A DNA stretch of 64,000 nucleotides from assembly GCA_963737265.1 (NCBI GenBank), contig CAVTRY010000014.1, positions 288,001-352,000 on the forward strand, in the 5' to 3' direction. This stretch comes from an uncultured delta proteobacterium (GTDB lineage: Bacteria; Myxococcota_A; Polyangia; Fen-1088). The notes beneath the pieces were generated by a model that was not told where the DNA came from, ran no database searches, and saw only the letters and a program-made list of their open reading frames with translations. Of the stretch, positions 21,592-31,477 are shown piece by piece (position 1 is the stretch's first letter; each line of letters begins with the position of its first letter). Both the position numbers and the translations under genes were made by a program.

Positions 21592-21783
21592 AACGGACCC
21601 ATAACCCCGATGGAAGACGCCTTCGCGGTGAGCCGTGATGCGGGAAATCCGCCTTCCGGTTCGATGTGGCGGGGGCCGGAGACGGAGTGATGGAACCCCT
21701 AAACGGGCACGAAGCCGGAAACGGCGGACACAGCCAAGGGGCGTCCTGTACACCACCGCGCCGGTCCCCGACCCGACTCCACA
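21588..21783 (+). ncRNA. Group II intron 3' end (domains V-VI), copy 1
   Basis: GAGCCGTGATGCGGGAAATCCGC..TCCGGTTC domain V; GGGGGCCGG/CCGGTCCCC domain VI stem; ends ..CCGAC. Confidence 0.88.
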
Positions 21784-22265
21784 CCGATTGACGGCCTGCT
21801 TTATCGCGCGACCGAACCGTACTTACGAAGTTCGCACCTTTGGCGAGGGAGGCGTGTGGAAGATCGAAGTTGTCGACCAGACGACCACCTATGATGTCAA
21901 GTCGCCGTGCAAGACCGCCGCGCGATCAAAGGAACCGGCCCAACCGGACCAGCCTCTCACCGATCCGTTCGACTAGCCTCGATGGTTACGCCAAGCACCT
22001 TCCGGCTACACGTACACATCAGCATGGCGCCGGAAAGGCCGGCTCTACGATGGCCTGAATGGACGGCTCGGCAGTGGCGAGCAGCATGGCGATGAAGAAC
22101 ATCAAGGCCGCAAGCTAGCACCGAAGTCTTCTTGCCCGGCGCCCTGTTTCTCAAAGGCTGAAGCACAGACTGGCACCCAGCCTGATGGTTTGCTACGACG
22201 CCACGAACCGCCCTCATCCCGCCCAGCCACACTTCGGAGGGAGCGATCCGCGCGATGGCAAAGAC

Positions 22266-22281
22266 GTACCATTTATGGTAC
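22266..22281. promoter_or_regulatory. Palindromic operator of the yefM-yoeB pair
   Basis: GTACCA-TTTA-TGGTAC, 20 bp upstream of the antitoxin ATG. Confidence 0.65.
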
Positions 22282-22301
22282 AAGTACCTGAGGAGCATTT
22301 C

Positions 22302-22544
22302 ATGACGTCACTCAGCGCAAGCCAAGCTCGAGCCAACCTGTTCAAGCTGATGGAACAGACCGCCGATTCGCACGAACCCATCCAAATCAATGGGCGCCAT
22401 CGCAGCTCCGTGCTGGTTAGTGAAGAGGACTGGCGTGCCGTGCAGGAGACCTTGTACCTGCTGTCAATTCCAGGCATGCGCGAATCCATTCGCAAAGGTC
22501 TCGCCACGCCTTTTTCCAAAACCAGCAAGACGCTTCGATGGTGA
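22302..22544 (+). CDS. yefM: Phd/YefM antitoxin
   Basis: SASQARANLFKL..SHEPIQING..VLVSEEDWRAVQETLYLLSIPGMRESI; GAGGAG RBS. Confidence 0.93.
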   Translation: MTSLSASQARANLFKLMEQTADSHEPIQINGRHRSSVLVSEEDWRAVQETLYLLSIPGMRESIRKGLATPFSKTSKTLRW

Positions 22545-22804
22545 GCTGGTCGCTGGTTTTCGTGAAGCAGGCACAAAAGGACGCCAAGAAACTCGCCGCT
22601 GCCGGTTTTCGGCCGAAGGCGGAATCTCTGCTAGCCCTGCTGGCAAAAGATCCCTTTCAGAATCCACCGCCCTTTGAAAAGCTCGTCGGCGATTTGGATG
22701 GAGCCTATTCCCGCCGAATCAACATTCAGCACCGCATGGTCTATCAAGTGCTCAAGCGCGAACGAGTCGTAAAGGTTCTGCGGCTTTGGACACACTACGA
22801 ATAG
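22538..22804 (+). CDS. yoeB: Txe/YoeB toxin
   Basis: PPPFEKLVGDLDGAYSRRINIQHRMVY..LRLWTHYE; overlaps the antitoxin stop. Confidence 0.93.
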   Translation: MVSWSLVFVKQAQKDAKKLAAAGFRPKAESLLALLAKDPFQNPPPFEKLVGDLDGAYSRRINIQHRMVYQVLKRERVVKVLRLWTHYE

Positions 22805-22850
22805 TTTGTCGTTCCATCATGTGCTCCAGGCTGGAGCTACAATCCTCGGC

Positions 22851-23150
22851 ATGGACAGGTCGATTCAGGAAAAACGCGGGGAAATTCCTCGCATTCTGGG
22901 CGCTCATGGCGCGCGGAACCCTCGCATCATCGGATCGGTCGCGCGCGGTCAGGGCCAGCCGACGAGCGATATCGACGTCCTCGTCGACACGGAGCCTGGC
23001 CGGGCACTGCTTGATTTGGTCGGTCTAGAACAGGAATTGGCGGAAGGCTTGGGCCGTCGCTTCGATGTGCTGACCAACGAAGGCATCAGCCCCTACCTGC
23101 GCGATCGTATTCTTGCCGAGGCCATACCTCTGGGAAGGACGACCGCGTGA
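22851..23150 (+). CDS. Minimal nucleotidyltransferase (MntA-type antitoxin); HEPN partner lost
   Basis: GSVARG..SDIDVLV, ISPYLRDRILAEAIPL; an overlapping frame shows only KDDRV. Confidence 0.88.
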   Translation: MDRSIQEKRGEIPRILGAHGARNPRIIGSVARGQGQPTSDIDVLVDTEPGRALLDLVGLEQELAEGLGRRFDVLTNEGISPYLRDRILAEAIPLGRTTA

Positions 23151-23164
23151 ACCTCGAACTGGTG

Positions 23165-23604
23165 TGGACAACCGTTTGGTCACGATAACGGAGCCAGGGG
23201 CCAGCTTTGCGTTTCTGGGATTCGAGTTCCGTTGGGAACGGAGTTCGAAGACTGGAACATGGTATTCGAGCAGAACCCCGCGACCGAAGAAGATCATTGC
23301 TGTCCTAAAGGAAGTCGGAAACATCCTGCGCCGGAGCCGCCATCTGCCTATGCCAGTGGCGGTTGCGCAGGTGAATTCCGTCCTGCGGGGTTGGGTGAAC
23401 TACTTTCGTGTCGGCAACTCGGGGACGGCGTTCGGCAAAATCAAGTACGAGGTCGAACGCAAGGTGAGGCGACTGGCGGCCAAGAAGTGCAAGCGCGAGG
23501 GATTCGGCTGGAAGCGGTGGAGTAGCGCCGTGGTGTACGGAACGTGCGGCCTCTTTCGAGACTACCGCGTGGTGTACTGGAGCGCGAAAGCATGCCCTGG
23601 CTGA
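23165..23604 (+). pseudogene. Group II intron RT, C-terminal half (RT7 and X/maturase domain)
   Basis: FAFLGFEF, VNSVLRGWVNYFRVGNS, GFGWKRWS..GLFRDY; no N-terminus. Confidence 0.88.
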
Positions 23605-23796
23605 ACGGACCCATAACCCCGATGGAAGAAGCCTTCGCGGTGAGCCGTGATGCGGGAAATCCGCCTGTCCGGTTCGATGTGGCGGGGGCCGGAGACGGAG
23701 TGATGGAACCCCTAAACGGGCACGAAGCCGGAAACGGCGGACACAGCCAAGGGGCATCCTGCACACCACCGCGCCGGTCCCCGACCCGACTCCACA
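23600..23796 (+). ncRNA. Group II intron 3' end (domains V-VI), copy 2
   Basis: Near-identical to 21588-21783. Confidence 0.88.
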
Positions 23797-23801
23797 AGGT
23801 A

Positions 23802-23861
23802 TGGCGTCAGTCTCGTCGCTCGAACACCCTGACGCCAGCAATGTACCCGATCGGCCGATAG
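23802..23861 (+). repeat. 60-bp direct repeat, right island boundary
   Basis: Contains the real 3' end of the GT-C gene; internal inverted repeat TGGCGTCAG/CTGACGCCA. Confidence 0.92.
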
Positions 23862-25390
23862 TCGCGATCCAAGATGGACAGCAGGCGCGGAAAGCGTTCT
23901 GGGGGAAACTTGCCGTAGTGTCCGATGTCGCCGGGGGACGCATCCACAATCAGCCGCGGCCGGCGCTGCGCGAGATCTGCCTCCAGCATGTCCCAGCTTT
24001 CCGGAACGACGTTGGCGCTGGCATCTGCCTTGGGATCGGACTGCGTGCTGGTGGTGGGCGAGAGGCCGGTCAAATAGTTGGCGAAGGCGAATCGACTTCC
24101 GAGAGGCCGGGTCGCCTCGAAGTAGAGCACGGGCGAATTGCCCCACACGAAGAGCCCGTCGGCGGGGTCACTGTGGGTGTGGATGAAGTCCGCCATCGCC
24201 GCATAGTCGGGCTCCGGCTGGCCGACGGCCGCCACGACACGATCGTATCCGATCCCAATTGCAAAAAATAGGGCGGCGGGCACGGCCAGGGCGGCCACCA
24301 TCAGCTTGCGCCGCGATCCCCACAAATCGGCGGCGCGCGCGGCGGCGAGCACGGCCAGCGGCGCGGTCACTTGATGAAAGTAGTGGCCGAAGAATCGCCC
24401 GCCAGCGGACACCGCCAAGGCGCTGACGAGCAGCCACCCCACGGCGAAGTGGTCGAACGCCAGCTGCGAGTCATTGAGCCGGGGCCGGCTGCGCAGCGTG
24501 CGCAGCGCGGCGCCAAGGCCCAGCACCCACAGGAAGAGTGCCCCGCCCACCACGAAGGAAATTCGCGGCACCGCCCGCGCCACCACCTCGGCCCGGCTCA
24601 TCCCTTCGCGAATGTAGGCGAAGTTGAAGCGGAACCAAAACCATCCCGCGTGCCACGAATCGAAATGCGACAGGACGGCCCAGCCGAGCCCGAGGACAGC
24701 GGCGGCTCCCGCCCCGAGCGCGAGCCAGACGGCCAAGATGCGCCGCGGACGCAGCCGATGCAGCCACGCGGAATGCAGGCCATAAAGCGCGAGGTGAATG
24801 CCGCCCTGGTACTTGTAGAACATCGCCATGCCCACGAGCGCCCCCGCTCCGACCAGCAGCGACGGGCGCACGCGGCCCGCTTCCAGAAGACGGCTGGTTC
24901 CTAGAAGGTAGACCGCCACCGAGCCTGCGAGCGGCAACATCATGAACAGCTCGCAGTTGGCGGCGAGTGAATCAAAGGGCAGGAGGGTGGTGGTGAAAAC
25001 GACGTACAGCAAGGCCGCGAAGAACGGGGCGCGCGGCGAGCTTCCAGACGGCCCGAAGCGCCGCACGATGAAGGCCAACAAAAAGGCGGTGGCCAATACC
25101 ACCAAGGTGGTGAGGAGGTGGATGACTCGCATGCCGCCGACGGGCCCCCCGACGGCCTGCGTGGCGGCATATGTCACGTAGATAAGGGGAGGCTTGTGGT
25201 CGACGACGTCGCGGTAGAGGATTCGCCCCGACAACATCTCGCGGCCGACCACGCAATAGGTCGCCTCGTCGTCCGAGAGACACGGGCGCACCAGCGACAC
25301 CGCGTGCAGGCCGAGACAAAGCACCAAGAGACAGAGCGCGTGGCGAGGCGCCAGGCGAGGTCTCTGCGCGGCCGGCGCGTCTCCTTTCAC
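23807..25390 (-). CDS. GT-C fold (ArnT/PMT-like) membrane glycosyltransferase
   Basis: DDEATY, LYRDVVDHKPPL, ANCELF, GRFFGHYF; GTGA overlap with the upstream gene. The 918-aa ORF in the track is a frameshift fusion. Confidence 0.85.
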   Translation of the reverse strand: MKGDAPAAQRPRLAPRHALCLLVLCLGLHAVSLVRPCLSDDEATYCVVGREMLSGRILYRDVVDHKPPLIYVTYAATQAVGGPVGGMRVIHLLTTLVVLATAFLLAFIVRRFGPSGSSPRAPFFAALLYVVFTTTLLPFDSLAANCELFMMLPLAGSVAVYLLGTSRLLEAGRVRPSLLVGAGALVGMAMFYKYQGGIHLALYGLHSAWLHRLRPRRILAVWLALGAGAAAVLGLGWAVLSHFDSWHAGWFWFRFNFAYIREGMSRAEVVARAVPRISFVVGGALFLWVLGLGAALRTLRSRPRLNDSQLAFDHFAVGWLLVSALAVSAGGRFFGHYFHQVTAPLAVLAAARAADLWGSRRKLMVAALAVPAALFFAIGIGYDRVVAAVGQPEPDYAAMADFIHTHSDPADGLFVWGNSPVLYFEATRPLGSRFAFANYLTGLSPTTSTQSDPKADASANVVPESWDMLEADLAQRRPRLIVDASPGDIGHYGKFPPERFPRLLSILDRDYRPIGYIAGVRVFERRD

Positions 25391-26563
25391 GGATGGCTGC
25401 TCCTGCCGATCAGCTCCTCGTAGATGCGAAGGACCTGCTGGGTCACTTGCGGCCAGTCGAATTCGGCGGCGCGCCGCCGTCCGGCTTCGGCGTAGCGGCG
25501 GCGGGTGAGGGCGTCGGTCAGCAACTGGCCGGTACGCAGGGCGAGCTCCTGGCAATGGACATCGCGCTCGAACGTCGACCATGAATCCCTGCACGCGGTC
25601 TTGAATGATGGTGCGAAATCCCGGCGTATCGGCAACGACGACTGCGCACCCGGCCGCCATCGCTTCAAGCGCGATGATGCCAAAGGTGCCACCAACGGCG
25701 GGGCACAAAAGAACGTCCCCCGACGCGTAGTAAGAGGCGCGCTCGGACCCCGGCACAAAGCCGGCAAAATGTGCGTCGGCGCGCAGATTGGCTGGCACCA
25801 TGGCCTGGTAGCGCTCGCGCAGAGGTCCGTCGCCCACCAGCACGAGCCGAGCATCGATTCCCGCCCGCCGTACGCCGATCCACGCCGTGATGACCCTGTC
25901 CACGCCGTTGCGCGGATCGAAGCGCCCCACGTGCAAAACGTTCAATCGACCGTCGTCGAATTCGGGGCGCCTGCGTCCTGAGGCGAAGGCGGAAACGTCG
26001 ACACCGTTGGGAACCACTCGCCAGTCGGCGTTGAAATAGCGCCGCAGACTGCTCAGGGCGGTCTCGGATACTCCGATGGCGACGCTCAGCCGATCGATGT
26101 AGCGCTGGAGCAGCGGGGCGAACAGCTTGAGCAGCAGACTGTGGCCGATGGCGCTGTGGAACGTGCCCACGTTAATGGTATCGGAGAGGCGCAAGGCGGC
26201 CAGCGGCAGGGTGGGCGTGAGCGGGGAGTGCAGGTGAAGGATGTCGAAGCGCTCGGAGCGCATGATCTCCTTGAGTCGGCGCGAAATCCCGCCGCCGAAC
26301 GAGGCTCGGGCGAGCGAGCCTCCGGAGAGAAATGGAAACGACCGGCCGATGCGAATCACGCCGTCCCGCTCATCCTGGGTGCGTCCGCTTTCCGTCGACG
26401 TGCCAGGGAATCTCCCGACGGAAGCCAGACTATCGCCGACGGCCGGGGTCAGGATGCGTACGTCGTGTCCCAGGCGGCGCGCCGCCAGCGCGAAATGATG
26501 GATGTGCTCCTGAATACCACCCAGCGTGGGATAGTAGTATTCGGACACGATGGCGATCTTCAT
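25387..26563 (-). CDS. GT4 glycosyltransferase, PimA-like (frameshift near 25560)
   Basis: MKIAIVSEYYYPTLGGIQEH, FDILHLHSP, VGTFHS, VPNGVD, GRFDPRNG, GTFGIIALEAMAAG. Confidence 0.88.
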
Positions 26564-26624
26564 GGGCTCGCGGCTCCGATACTACACCCGTCGCACGACA
26601 TCGCGCCGCCGCCGCTCGGCCGAA

Positions 26625-27881
26625 TCACGGTTGGCGGTTCGCCATCCTTGCCGAGATGGCGTCGACGTAAACTTCGCGCATTCGGCGCGCCACATCGTCC
26701 CAGGAAAACTCCCGGGCGCGCTTCAAATTTGCGGTGCCCATGGCGGGCCACAAATCGGATTGTGCGGATAGCTCGGCGATCGCGTTCGCCAGGCAGGACG
26801 GGTCGGCAGGTGTCACCAGCCTGGTTCCGGCCACGTCGACCGTGTCGCGATAGCCGAGGATGTCGGAACAGACGATGGGCCGGGCGCTGGCCATGGCCTC
26901 GAGCAGGATGATTCCGAAAGACTCCTGGCCGGTGGACGGCGCTACGAAGACATCGCAGCTGCGGTATCGCTCGGCCAGGGCGCCGAGCGAGAGGACACCG
27001 TGGTAGGTGAGTCCGGGCAGTGCTGGCGGTGGTTCCGCGCCGCCCAGCTCCCCGACCACATCGAGGACCACGCTGGCATTGCGAGCCCGCAGCGTCGCAT
27101 AAGCGTGCAGAAGGTGGTCGAACCCCTTTCGCCGGTCGCCGATTCGTCCGACGAACAGCAGGCGCGTCGGCCCGCTCGCGCGCGCGCCGGTGGGGGGCCT
27201 GAACGTCTCGAGCGAGATACCGTTGGGCACGATGGCGCGCGGCTGCGGCCAGAACTTGCCGGCGAACGAACTCGCCACGTGCGAGACGGCGGTGGCGGCA
27301 TGAAAGGCGGGTGCTTGCATGTTGGCGAGGAGCCTGGCGAACGCCCCGAGCACCCGATTCGGACGTTCGGCAAAAGCGTGAAACGTCGCTACGCGTGCGC
27401 TGCCCCGGGACGACAGGATCGCCCAGCAGCCGAGCGTGGGGACGACAGGCTCGTGAATGTGCACGACATCGAAGCGCGCCGAGCGGAAGAAACTTCTGAC
27501 CTCGGCGAAAGACGGAAACAAACCGATGTGGTTCGCGGAGCCGTTCGCCGTGACGTTGAAAACCCCCTTGAAGCCACGCACGTGGGCTTCGCTGCGGGGG
27601 CGCAAGGCCGGCCCCACAATGGCGACGTAGTCGCCGCGCGCACGCAGTGCGCCAGCCAGCTGAATGGCGTGATGTTTGACGCCACCGTTCTCGTCGAGGG
27701 CATACGGCACCACTTGGCAGATACGCAAAGGTCGCCAACGTGCACCTAGGGGAGATTGATCGATAGGATCGACCCTGCACGAAATGGCGTCGCGATTGGT
27801 GGCGAGGGCAATCGACATCGAATTGAGATGATGCGGTAGGACCAATTCACATTGCGCGACGGCTGGCTTGATGTCAACCAA
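26625..27881 (-). CDS. GT4 glycosyltransferase, PimA-like (start uncertain; homology begins ~27725)
   Basis: RICQVVPY..GGVKHH, NGS, FDVVHIHEP, ATFH, GRIGDRRKG, APSTGQESFGIILLEAMA. Confidence 0.88.
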   Translation of the reverse strand: MVDIKPAVAQCELVLPHHLNSMSIALATNRDAISCRVDPIDQSPLGARWRPLRICQVVPYALDENGGVKHHAIQLAGALRARGDYVAIVGPALRPRSEAHVRGFKGVFNVTANGSANHIGLFPSFAEVRSFFRSARFDVVHIHEPVVPTLGCWAILSSRGSARVATFHAFAERPNRVLGAFARLLANMQAPAFHAATAVSHVASSFAGKFWPQPRAIVPNGISLETFRPPTGARASGPTRLLFVGRIGDRRKGFDHLLHAYATLRARNASVVLDVVGELGGAEPPPALPGLTYHGVLSLGALAERYRSCDVFVAPSTGQESFGIILLEAMASARPIVCSDILGYRDTVDVAGTRLVTPADPSCLANAIAELSAQSDLWPAMGTANLKRAREFSWDDVARRMREVYVDAISARMANRQP

Positions 27882-27945
27882 AGACTCGCATCGTTGCTTG
27901 CCTTATCATGCTTTGGCCGCCCGTCTGAACCAGGCTGCGGCAGCG

Positions 27946-29424
27946 CTATCCGCGGATGAGATGGCCGCGGCCGTGCTGAAAAGCCGCATCTCCGACCACG
28001 ATCGAATGGGCCGTAGGCCTGCCGCCCCCTGTTCGCCGGAGGATCAGAGCCGCCCAGGTGATCAAGACCACATTTCTTGCCAACACCAGCGCACACGGCC
28101 CGGGCCGGAGTGCTTCCAAACTCCCGTAGGTGATTGGGTAGACCGCCTGCGTGAGCGCCAGAAAGACCAGGAATAGGATCGGGCAGACGCGCCGTCCGTC
28201 GGTCAGCGACAGCGCCAACCCGAGTGGGAGAATCCAGACCAGGTACTGCGGGCTCGATACTTTCCCGCACGCAACGAACGTGGCGAAGACGCCGGCCGTG
28301 GCTGCGAATGCGGCGCGCCCGCGCCCGGCGGCGGTGGGCGCGGCGAGGCGTCGCCAGGTCACCGCGTAGACGATCAGCAGTCCTGCAACCAGCGCGAGGT
28401 TGGCGGCGCCTGCGGCGACCCTTGCGACGGAGCCCGCGACATTGGTCGAGCCAAAGGTCTTTTCGACCACGACCCAGCCAGGGTGCACCGATTGCAGCAG
28501 TCCGAGCAGGGCGCCCCACGTGCTCTCAATCTGGACCGGGCGGCTGGCGTGGTAGCGGAACAGATCGAGGATGTGTTCCCCGGCGAGGAAGAAGAGCGGC
28601 AGGGAGATGATGGCGAGCGACGCGGCGGTCGCGAGAGCTGCGAGGACGAGATCGCGGTAGCGCCGTTCGCGTGCTGCGTGCATGACCACGATGGGCACCA
28701 TGAGGGCGGGCGTAATCTTGAGGGCGATGGCAATCCCGAGCGCGATGCCGAGTGCGATCGGTCTTTGAGCCGCGAGGGCAGCCAGGCAGCCCGCCACTGC
28801 GAGGGCGACGGCGGCGTCGTACCGGTGCGTGGCGACAACCCCCAGGAGGAGCGCGCTCACGGCTCCCCAGACCGCGGTGCGTGCGAGCGAGATGGGGCGA
28901 CCGCCGAGCCAGTCGACGGACTTCGCCGCTAGAACGAGCGCGCAGGTTAGGGCAAGCGCCATCAGCCCTTCGAACCACCTGACGTAGCTGTCGGCATCGC
29001 GAGCCAGCCATGACGGCGGCAACGCGGCCAGGAAGAAACCCGGTGGGTATTCCACAAGGTAGTCGCGATACGGAACCAGTGGCTGCTTGGGAATCACGTC
29101 CGGCCAGGCATCGGGGCGGTAGGGCTCCGCAGCGGCGAACGCCTTTCTCCAATCCTCCGCCGTGCGGACGAAGTAGCTCGCATAAGAGCGCCCGCGCGCC
29201 GCTTCGGCGTAGGCGAAGTACCGGCGCACGTCGCCGTCGTTGGTGACGTAGGCGCGGATGGCCTCGATGCTTCCCGGCCACTGGCCGGCGTTGAGGCTGC
29301 TTTCGACGCTACGAAACCGATGGCGTGAAAGTCCTATTCCGAAGAGGCCGAAGGCGACTGCCACCCAGAGCAGGCATCCCGCCGCAGCAGATCGCATTCG
29401 CGCAATGTACACCAGTCGTTTCAC
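27946..29424 (-). CDS. GT87-like polyprenol-phosphate-sugar-dependent glycosyltransferase
   Basis: PYRDYLVEYPPG, HRYD, KITP, YHASRPVQIES, KVSSPQYLVW. Confidence 0.82.
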   Translation of the reverse strand: MKRLVYIARMRSAAAGCLLWVAVAFGLFGIGLSRHRFRSVESSLNAGQWPGSIEAIRAYVTNDGDVRRYFAYAEAARGRSYASYFVRTAEDWRKAFAAAEPYRPDAWPDVIPKQPLVPYRDYLVEYPPGFFLAALPPSWLARDADSYVRWFEGLMALALTCALVLAAKSVDWLGGRPISLARTAVWGAVSALLLGVVATHRYDAAVALAVAGCLAALAAQRPIALGIALGIAIALKITPALMVPIVVMHAARERRYRDLVLAALATAASLAIISLPLFFLAGEHILDLFRYHASRPVQIESTWGALLGLLQSVHPGWVVVEKTFGSTNVAGSVARVAAGAANLALVAGLLIVYAVTWRRLAAPTAAGRGRAAFAATAGVFATFVACGKVSSPQYLVWILPLGLALSLTDGRRVCPILFLVFLALTQAVYPITYGSLEALRPGPCALVLARNVVLITWAALILRRTGGGRPTAHSIVVGDAAFQHGRGHLIRG

Positions 29425-29718
29425 GGCAAGCGAGTCCCCAGGCAGGCACGGCCTTGTATCCCGCGAGGACTATGAGGAAACATGGGTTCGCTGATGTGTT
29501 CTTTGGAAAAAATCAGGCACCGTGTGGTAATCAGAAACCGTCATCGCGCAGATCCCCACGCACGAAAACACCGAATCGTGGATACTTCGCCCACACCCAT
29601 GCCGGGCCGGGGGAACCCTCCCGCCGACCCGCTCTTCGAGACCGCCCTCAATCCGAGAGCGCGACCGTATTCCAGTGCTCGAGCCGGCCGGCGCGGGTCT
29701 CCTCGATGCGCCAGCCAA

Positions 29719-31437
29719 ATGTGGGCGAGCAGCGAAACCGGCTTGACCACGGGCGAGTGGGCCGTCTTTTGCGCCGTCTCGCTGCTGAACCTAATACCGG
29801 TATGGGCATTCCGGTACTTTCCGGGACAGGACACCGCTAACCACCTCTACGCGGTGGAAATCCTTCGCGTGCTGCTCAGCGGCGGGGCGCCGCGTGCGGT
29901 CAGCGAGTCCTTCGCGGCGAACCTAGCTCCCCAATCAAATATGCTCTTTCATGTATTCATGCTGGGGCTTGGCCGGCTTGGCTTCTCGCTCAACTTCGCC
30001 CATCGCTTGATCCTTTCGGGCTACGCGCTGGGTTTTCCCCTCGCTGGCCTGTTCTGCGCGCGTGCCGCCACCGGCCGCTGTCCCGTCTTGGCACTGCTGC
30101 TGTTGCCTCTGGTTTGGAACTGGTTTGCCCTGCAGGGGCTCTACAATTATGTGCTGTCACTGGTGCCGGCCCTTGTGTGGCTTGGCATCGTGGCACGGGA
30201 CGGCGGTCGCCCTCGTCCGCGCGCCGCCGTGGTGCTGGGCCTGGCCGCCGTCGCCGTGTACTTGGCACACACCGGGACCTTCGTGGCGCTTCTGTGCGTG
30301 ACTGTTGTGCGCGTCGTTCGCCCGGCCGACGGATCGAGGCTGTCCCTTTCCGAGCGCCTTGGTAGCGCAGGACCCCTGGCGTGCGCGCTTGCGCCGGCTG
30401 GAGCGTTGGCAGCCTCGACGTTCGACCGTATTTTTGCGGCAAGCGCGCCGGCGGAAGTAACTGTTTCACGACTTGAAATGAGCGGGCTGCTTGAGGCTGC
30501 GGGGACGTTTTTCGTCGAGTTTGCCATGCGGTACCACGTCTGGGAGCTGGCCATTCTCGGACCCGCACTGGTCCTGCTGATGGCGATTCCGTTGGTAGCC
30601 GCCCGTGCACAAGGGCGGCTGCCCGTCAAGCTCGGGACGACGGAGCGCGCACCCGACCAGCGCGCGCCCCGCTGGCCGTTGCACGCCGCTTTGCTGTTGG
30701 CCACGCTTTATTTCGCGCTTCCACACATCACATTTGGCTCTGACCTTAGCCCGCGCCTCCGCCCGCTGATCGTGTTCTGCCTTCTCTGCTACGCTGGCGT
30801 GAGGCTCTCCACCCGCGCCCGTCGGCTTGTCGTCTTCTTGGCGGTCGCGTCGGGAACCATCGGAGCTGCGGCGCTCTGCTTTGAATGCAAGACCTTCAAT
30901 CGCAACCTCGACGACTTCGCCTCCGGAATCCCTTTCGTCCGCGAGGGGAGTCGACTCTACCCCATGGTGTTCGACGAACGGGGCGCTTCGGTCCTGGTCA
31001 GGCCTTTCTTGCACGCCTGGGGGTACTACGGCGTCTTCCGCCACGTGGTCACCCCGTTCGCGTTTGCATGGCATGAAACACGTTTCCCTTACCGCTATCG
31101 CGAGCTCCCTTTGCACGAGCTCGGTTCGCGCTTGCCGTCGGATGGGGAAGACGAGCCCTACGCACTGGTTCAAGGCCGGCAGTGTGAAGCGATACGCCGT
31201 TTTTCGCCCTCCCTTACCTGTGCCGAGATCCGCGCGAACACCGAGTCTCGCTTGGCGACCTTGGGTGGTGAATACGATTATGTTCTCACCTGGTCCGCGC
31301 CGTCCGATTTCGCGACTCTCTTGGATGCGCGTGGGTATCGCCTATTGCACAGCCAGGGGAACCTCGCGCTCTACGAGCCACCCAAAGGTTCGCCTCGCAG
31401 AATGACTGAACCACTTGATCCGCTTGCCGATCGGTGA
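29719..31437 (+). CDS. Polytopic membrane protein, GT-C-like
   Basis: FPGQDTANHL, GLYNY, AH motifs and ~11 hydrophobic segments; start uncertain. Confidence 0.65.
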   Translation: MWASSETGLTTGEWAVFCAVSLLNLIPVWAFRYFPGQDTANHLYAVEILRVLLSGGAPRAVSESFAANLAPQSNMLFHVFMLGLGRLGFSLNFAHRLILSGYALGFPLAGLFCARAATGRCPVLALLLLPLVWNWFALQGLYNYVLSLVPALVWLGIVARDGGRPRPRAAVVLGLAAVAVYLAHTGTFVALLCVTVVRVVRPADGSRLSLSERLGSAGPLACALAPAGALAASTFDRIFAASAPAEVTVSRLEMSGLLEAAGTFFVEFAMRYHVWELAILGPALVLLMAIPLVAARAQGRLPVKLGTTERAPDQRAPRWPLHAALLLATLYFALPHITFGSDLSPRLRPLIVFCLLCYAGVRLSTRARRLVVFLAVASGTIGAAALCFECKTFNRNLDDFASGIPFVREGSRLYPMVFDERGASVLVRPFLHAWGYYGVFRHVVTPFAFAWHETRFPYRYRELPLHELGSRLPSDGEDEPYALVQGRQCEAIRRFSPSLTCAEIRANTESRLATLGGEYDYVLTWSAPSDFATLLDARGYRLLHSQGNLALYEPPKGSPRRMTEPLDPLADR

Positions 31438-31477
31438 AAGGCGGCCGGGCCGTCTCACGATAAGAATTGCCAGCAGT

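Larger units (their letters stand above)
18708..23861. mobile_element. 5.1-kb island: HUH transposase, repeat array, group II intron remnants, TA genes
   Basis: Bounded by the 60-bp direct repeats; interrupts a co-directional GT-C/MMPL operon; cargo is mostly on the opposite strand. Confidence 0.8.

Noticed and set aside
20948-23796. Diversity-generating retroelement or retron (RT plus repeat pair)
   Set aside because: The RT is group II intron type and broken. The repeats are intron DV-DVI, their few differences are not confined to adenines, and there is no target gene.
23807-26563. 918-aa GT4/GT-C fusion protein
   Set aside because: It arises from a frameshift near 25560. The GT4 C-terminus continues in another frame to a stop overlapping the GT-C GTG.
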